Positions 61,474-64,000 of a DNA stretch of 64,000 nt are shown here, in pieces. The notes beneath the pieces were generated by a model. It was not told the DNA's origin, ran no database searches, and saw only the letters and a program-made list of their open reading frames with translations. The position numbers were made by a program, and so were the translations under genes. This stretch comes from Lachnospiraceae bacterium (GTDB lineage: Bacteria > Bacillota > Clostridia > Lachnospirales > Lachnospiraceae): positions 183,104 to 247,103 of the forward strand of contig JAFUNC010000001.1 in NCBI GenBank assembly GCA_017473115.1, in the 5' to 3' direction. Within the stretch, counting starts at the first letter, position 1. The number at the start of each line of letters is the position of its first letter.

Positions 61474-63447
61474 ATGGCAGAAAAAGTTAAGACTTCTAAG
61501 GTTGTAAAAGCGGAAAGTAAGAAAAAAACCGAAAAAAAAGATATCGTACAGGGTGAAAGAATTTTTATCTCTGATGCGGATTGTTACCTGTTTGGACAGG
61601 GCACACATTATGATATTTACAAAAAACTCGGTGCGCATCCTTCCGTAGAAGACGGAGTGGCAGGTATTCATTTCGGTGTTTGGGCACCTAACGCGATAAG
61701 CGTACATGTAATCGGTTCTTTTAACGGTTGGAACGAAACCTCACATCCCATGGGAGAAGTAGGTGAAGGCGGTGTGTTTGCTGCTTTTATCAAAGAGGCA
61801 AAAGAAGGGGATATGTACAAGTATCTCATCGAAACACCGGAAGGTAAGAAACTCTATAAAGCGGATCCTTTTGGAAACCATGCGGAAATGAGACCCGGAA
61901 ATGCATCTAAAGTTGCTGACATTAATAAGTTTAAGTGGAGTGATGGTGCCTGGCTTGAAGCAAGAGATGCAAAAAACGTATTTGAAGAGCCTATGGCAAT
62001 CTATGAGTGTCACATCGGTTCCTGGATGCGTCATCCCAGAGAGGACGAAGAAGGCTTCTATAATTACAGAGAATTTGCGGACAGAATCGTTGAATACTTA
62101 AAAGAAATGAAGTATACCCATGTGGAATTGATGGGTATCGCTGAGCATCCTTTTGACGGCTCTTGGGGCTATCAGGTAACCGGATACTTTGCACCTACTT
62201 CAAGATACGGTACACCGGAAGATTTCCAGTATCTGGTAAATCTTCTTCATAAAAATAAAATCGGTGTAATCCTTGACTGGGTACCCGCACACTTCCCCAG
62301 AGATGCTCACGGTTTGGCAGAGTTTGACGGAACCTGTTTATTCGAGCATCCGGACCCTCGCCTTGGCGAACATCCCGATTGGGGAACCAAGATTTTTAAC
62401 TATGGTAAAAACGAAGTGCGTAACTTCCTGATTGCCAATGCATTGTTCTGGATAAAAGAATTCCACATTGACGGTCTTCGTGTAGATGCGGTTGCATCAA
62501 TGCTTTACTTGGATTACGGTAAACAGGACGGCCAGTGGGTTGCCAACAAGTATGGCGGAAATCAGAACCTGGATGCAATCGAATTCTTTAAACATTTGAA
62601 TTCCGTTGTTCGCGGTACTTTCCCCGGCGTATGCATGATTGCGGAAGAATCTACAGCATGGCCTAAGGTTACCGGTGCACCGGAAGACGACGGTCTTGGA
62701 TTTACGTTTAAGTGGAATATGGGTTGGATGCATGACTTCTGTGAATATATGAAGTTGGATCCGTATTTTAGAAAAGGCAATCATAATAAGTTGACCTTTG
62801 CCATGAGTTACAATTCCAGTGAAAACTATATTATGCCTTTGTCCCATGACGAGGTGGTTCACTTGAAGTGTTCTATGGTAAATAAAATGCCCGGCTATCA
62901 GGTGGATAAATATGCGAACCTTCGTGTAGGATATACTTTTATGTTTACACATGAAGGAAAGAAACTCCTTTTCATGGGTCAGGAATTTGCCCAGGAAAGA
63001 GAGTGGAGCGAAGAAAGAGAACTTGACTGGTACTTACTTGAAAATCACTTAAACCGCGGTATGCTTGAGTATATGAAAGAATTACTCGGAATTTACCGTA
63101 AGTACCCTTCATTGTATCAGATTGATAACAGTTGGGACGGTTTCGAGTGGATTAATGCAGATGACTGTGACAGAAGCATTTACAGCTATTTCCGTAAAGG
63201 CAAAGAAAATAAAAACCGCATTCTTGTAGTGCTTAACATGACACCGATGCGTCGTGAAAACTACAGAGTAGGCGTACCTGCTAAGAAAAAATATAAATTG
63301 ATTTTGAACAGTGATGATAAGCGCTTCGGCGGTAACGGCGGAGCGATTCCCGAAACACTTACCGCACAGGAAGGTGAGTGTGACGGCAGACCTTACTACT
63401 TGGAGTTTAATCTTCCTGCTTATGGTGCAGCATTATTTGTATTTTAA
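61474..63447 (+). CDS. glgB: 1,4-alpha-glucan branching enzyme
   Basis: FGVWAPNA, SWGYQVTG, DWVPAHF, DGLRVDAVASM, AEEST, PLSHDEVVH. Confidence 0.97.
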   Translation: MAEKVKTSKVVKAESKKKTEKKDIVQGERIFISDADCYLFGQGTHYDIYKKLGAHPSVEDGVAGIHFGVWAPNAISVHVIGSFNGWNETSHPMGEVGEGGVFAAFIKEAKEGDMYKYLIETPEGKKLYKADPFGNHAEMRPGNASKVADINKFKWSDGAWLEARDAKNVFEEPMAIYECHIGSWMRHPREDEEGFYNYREFADRIVEYLKEMKYTHVELMGIAEHPFDGSWGYQVTGYFAPTSRYGTPEDFQYLVNLLHKNKIGVILDWVPAHFPRDAHGLAEFDGTCLFEHPDPRLGEHPDWGTKIFNYGKNEVRNFLIANALFWIKEFHIDGLRVDAVASMLYLDYGKQDGQWVANKYGGNQNLDAIEFFKHLNSVVRGTFPGVCMIAEESTAWPKVTGAPEDDGLGFTFKWNMGWMHDFCEYMKLDPYFRKGNHNKLTFAMSYNSSENYIMPLSHDEVVHLKCSMVNKMPGYQVDKYANLRVGYTFMFTHEGKKLLFMGQEFAQEREWSEERELDWYLLENHLNRGMLEYMKELLGIYRKYPSLYQIDNSWDGFEWINADDCDRSIYSYFRKGKENKNRILVVLNMTPMRRENYRVGVPAKKKYKLILNSDDKRFGGNGGAIPETLTAQEGECDGRPYYLEFNLPAYGAALFVF

Positions 63448-63511
63448 GTAAAAACGCGACTGTGTTCTTTAAACGGGCACAGTCGTTTGAAATTGTGTAT
63501 GGAGAGAAAAA

Positions 63512-64000
63512 ATGAAAATTTCGGAAATTTTTGAACAGAACAAAACAGTGTTTTCTTTTGAGGTATTTCCTCCGAAGAAAACCAGTTCCATCGACAGTAT
63601 TTATTCCAAATTGGGCGCTTTGTCGGAGTGTAAGCCTGATTTTATCAGTGTAACTTATGGTGCCGGCGGTGGCGGAGCCAGTGTGCTGACAGCGGATATT
63701 TGTAAGGCGATTCAGGAACAGTACAACATTCCTGCCATGATGCATTTAACCTGCGTAAATTCCAGCAAAGAATCAGTAGAAGAGGTTCTGAAGTTAATCG
63801 AGGAGTATAAAATCGAGAATATTTTAGCACTTCGCGGCGATATTGTTCCGGATTTACCCAGACAGACCGATTTTATGCATGCTAACGAATTGGTGACTTA
63901 TATTAAGGAACGCGGTGATTTCCATGTATCCGGTGCGTGTTATCCGGAAGGTCATCCCGAATCCGATAATATGGTAGACGATATTTTAAACTTAAAAAGA
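63512..64000 (+). CDS. metF: 5,10-methylenetetrahydrofolate reductase, 5' part; runs off the window
   Basis: Hand translation MKISEIFEQNKTVFSFEVFPPK...PDFISVTYGAGG...HLTC...NILALRGD...GACYPEGHPE. Confidence 0.93.
   Translation, partial: MKISEIFEQNKTVFSFEVFPPKKTSSIDSIYSKLGALSECKPDFISVTYGAGGGGASVLTADICKAIQEQYNIPAMMHLTCVNSSKESVEEVLKLIEEYKIENILALRGDIVPDLPRQTDFMHANELVTYIKERGDFHVSGACYPEGHPESDNMVDDILNLKR

Noticed and set aside
63450-63511. SAM or THF riboswitch upstream of metF
   Set aside because: Only ~60 bp with one hairpin (CGACTGTG/CACAGTCG); too short and lacks the conserved motifs.

Overview
Chromosomal replication-origin region of a low-GC Firmicute, most likely Lachnospiraceae (Clostridia); the taxon is inferred from gene order and protein style. 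The conserved core runs serS, DUF4446, parB, parA, rsmG, mnmG, mnmE, jag, yidC, yidD, rnpA, rpmH (minus strand), then a bipartite oriC around dnaA, then dnaN, yaaA, recF, gyrB, gyrA (plus strand). It is flanked by transporters (GltS-like, CPA2, MATE, two heterodimeric ABC exporters), tRNA-Arg(CCT), tRNA-Lys(CTT), tatD, rsmA, an Rpn-family nuclease, glgB, and partial ilvA and metF at the window edges. No CRISPR array, prophage or intact IS was seen. Best leads: (1) a PFL-activase-like radical SAM gene overlapping a gene for a Cys-rich-leader lipoprotein with repeated hydrophobic-x-Gly-x-hydrophobic motifs, a candidate protein-modification system; (2) two diverged, covarying copies of a long intergenic hairpin element; (3) a DegS/DegU-like pair in which both partners have lost their phosphorylation residues; (4) a Leu+Ile double-specifier T-box upstream of ilvA; (5) an in-frame stop that cuts off the ParB C-terminal domain; (6) a four-gene tandem array of paralogous membrane proteins. 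All family assignments come from motif recognition by eye; no database searches were run.
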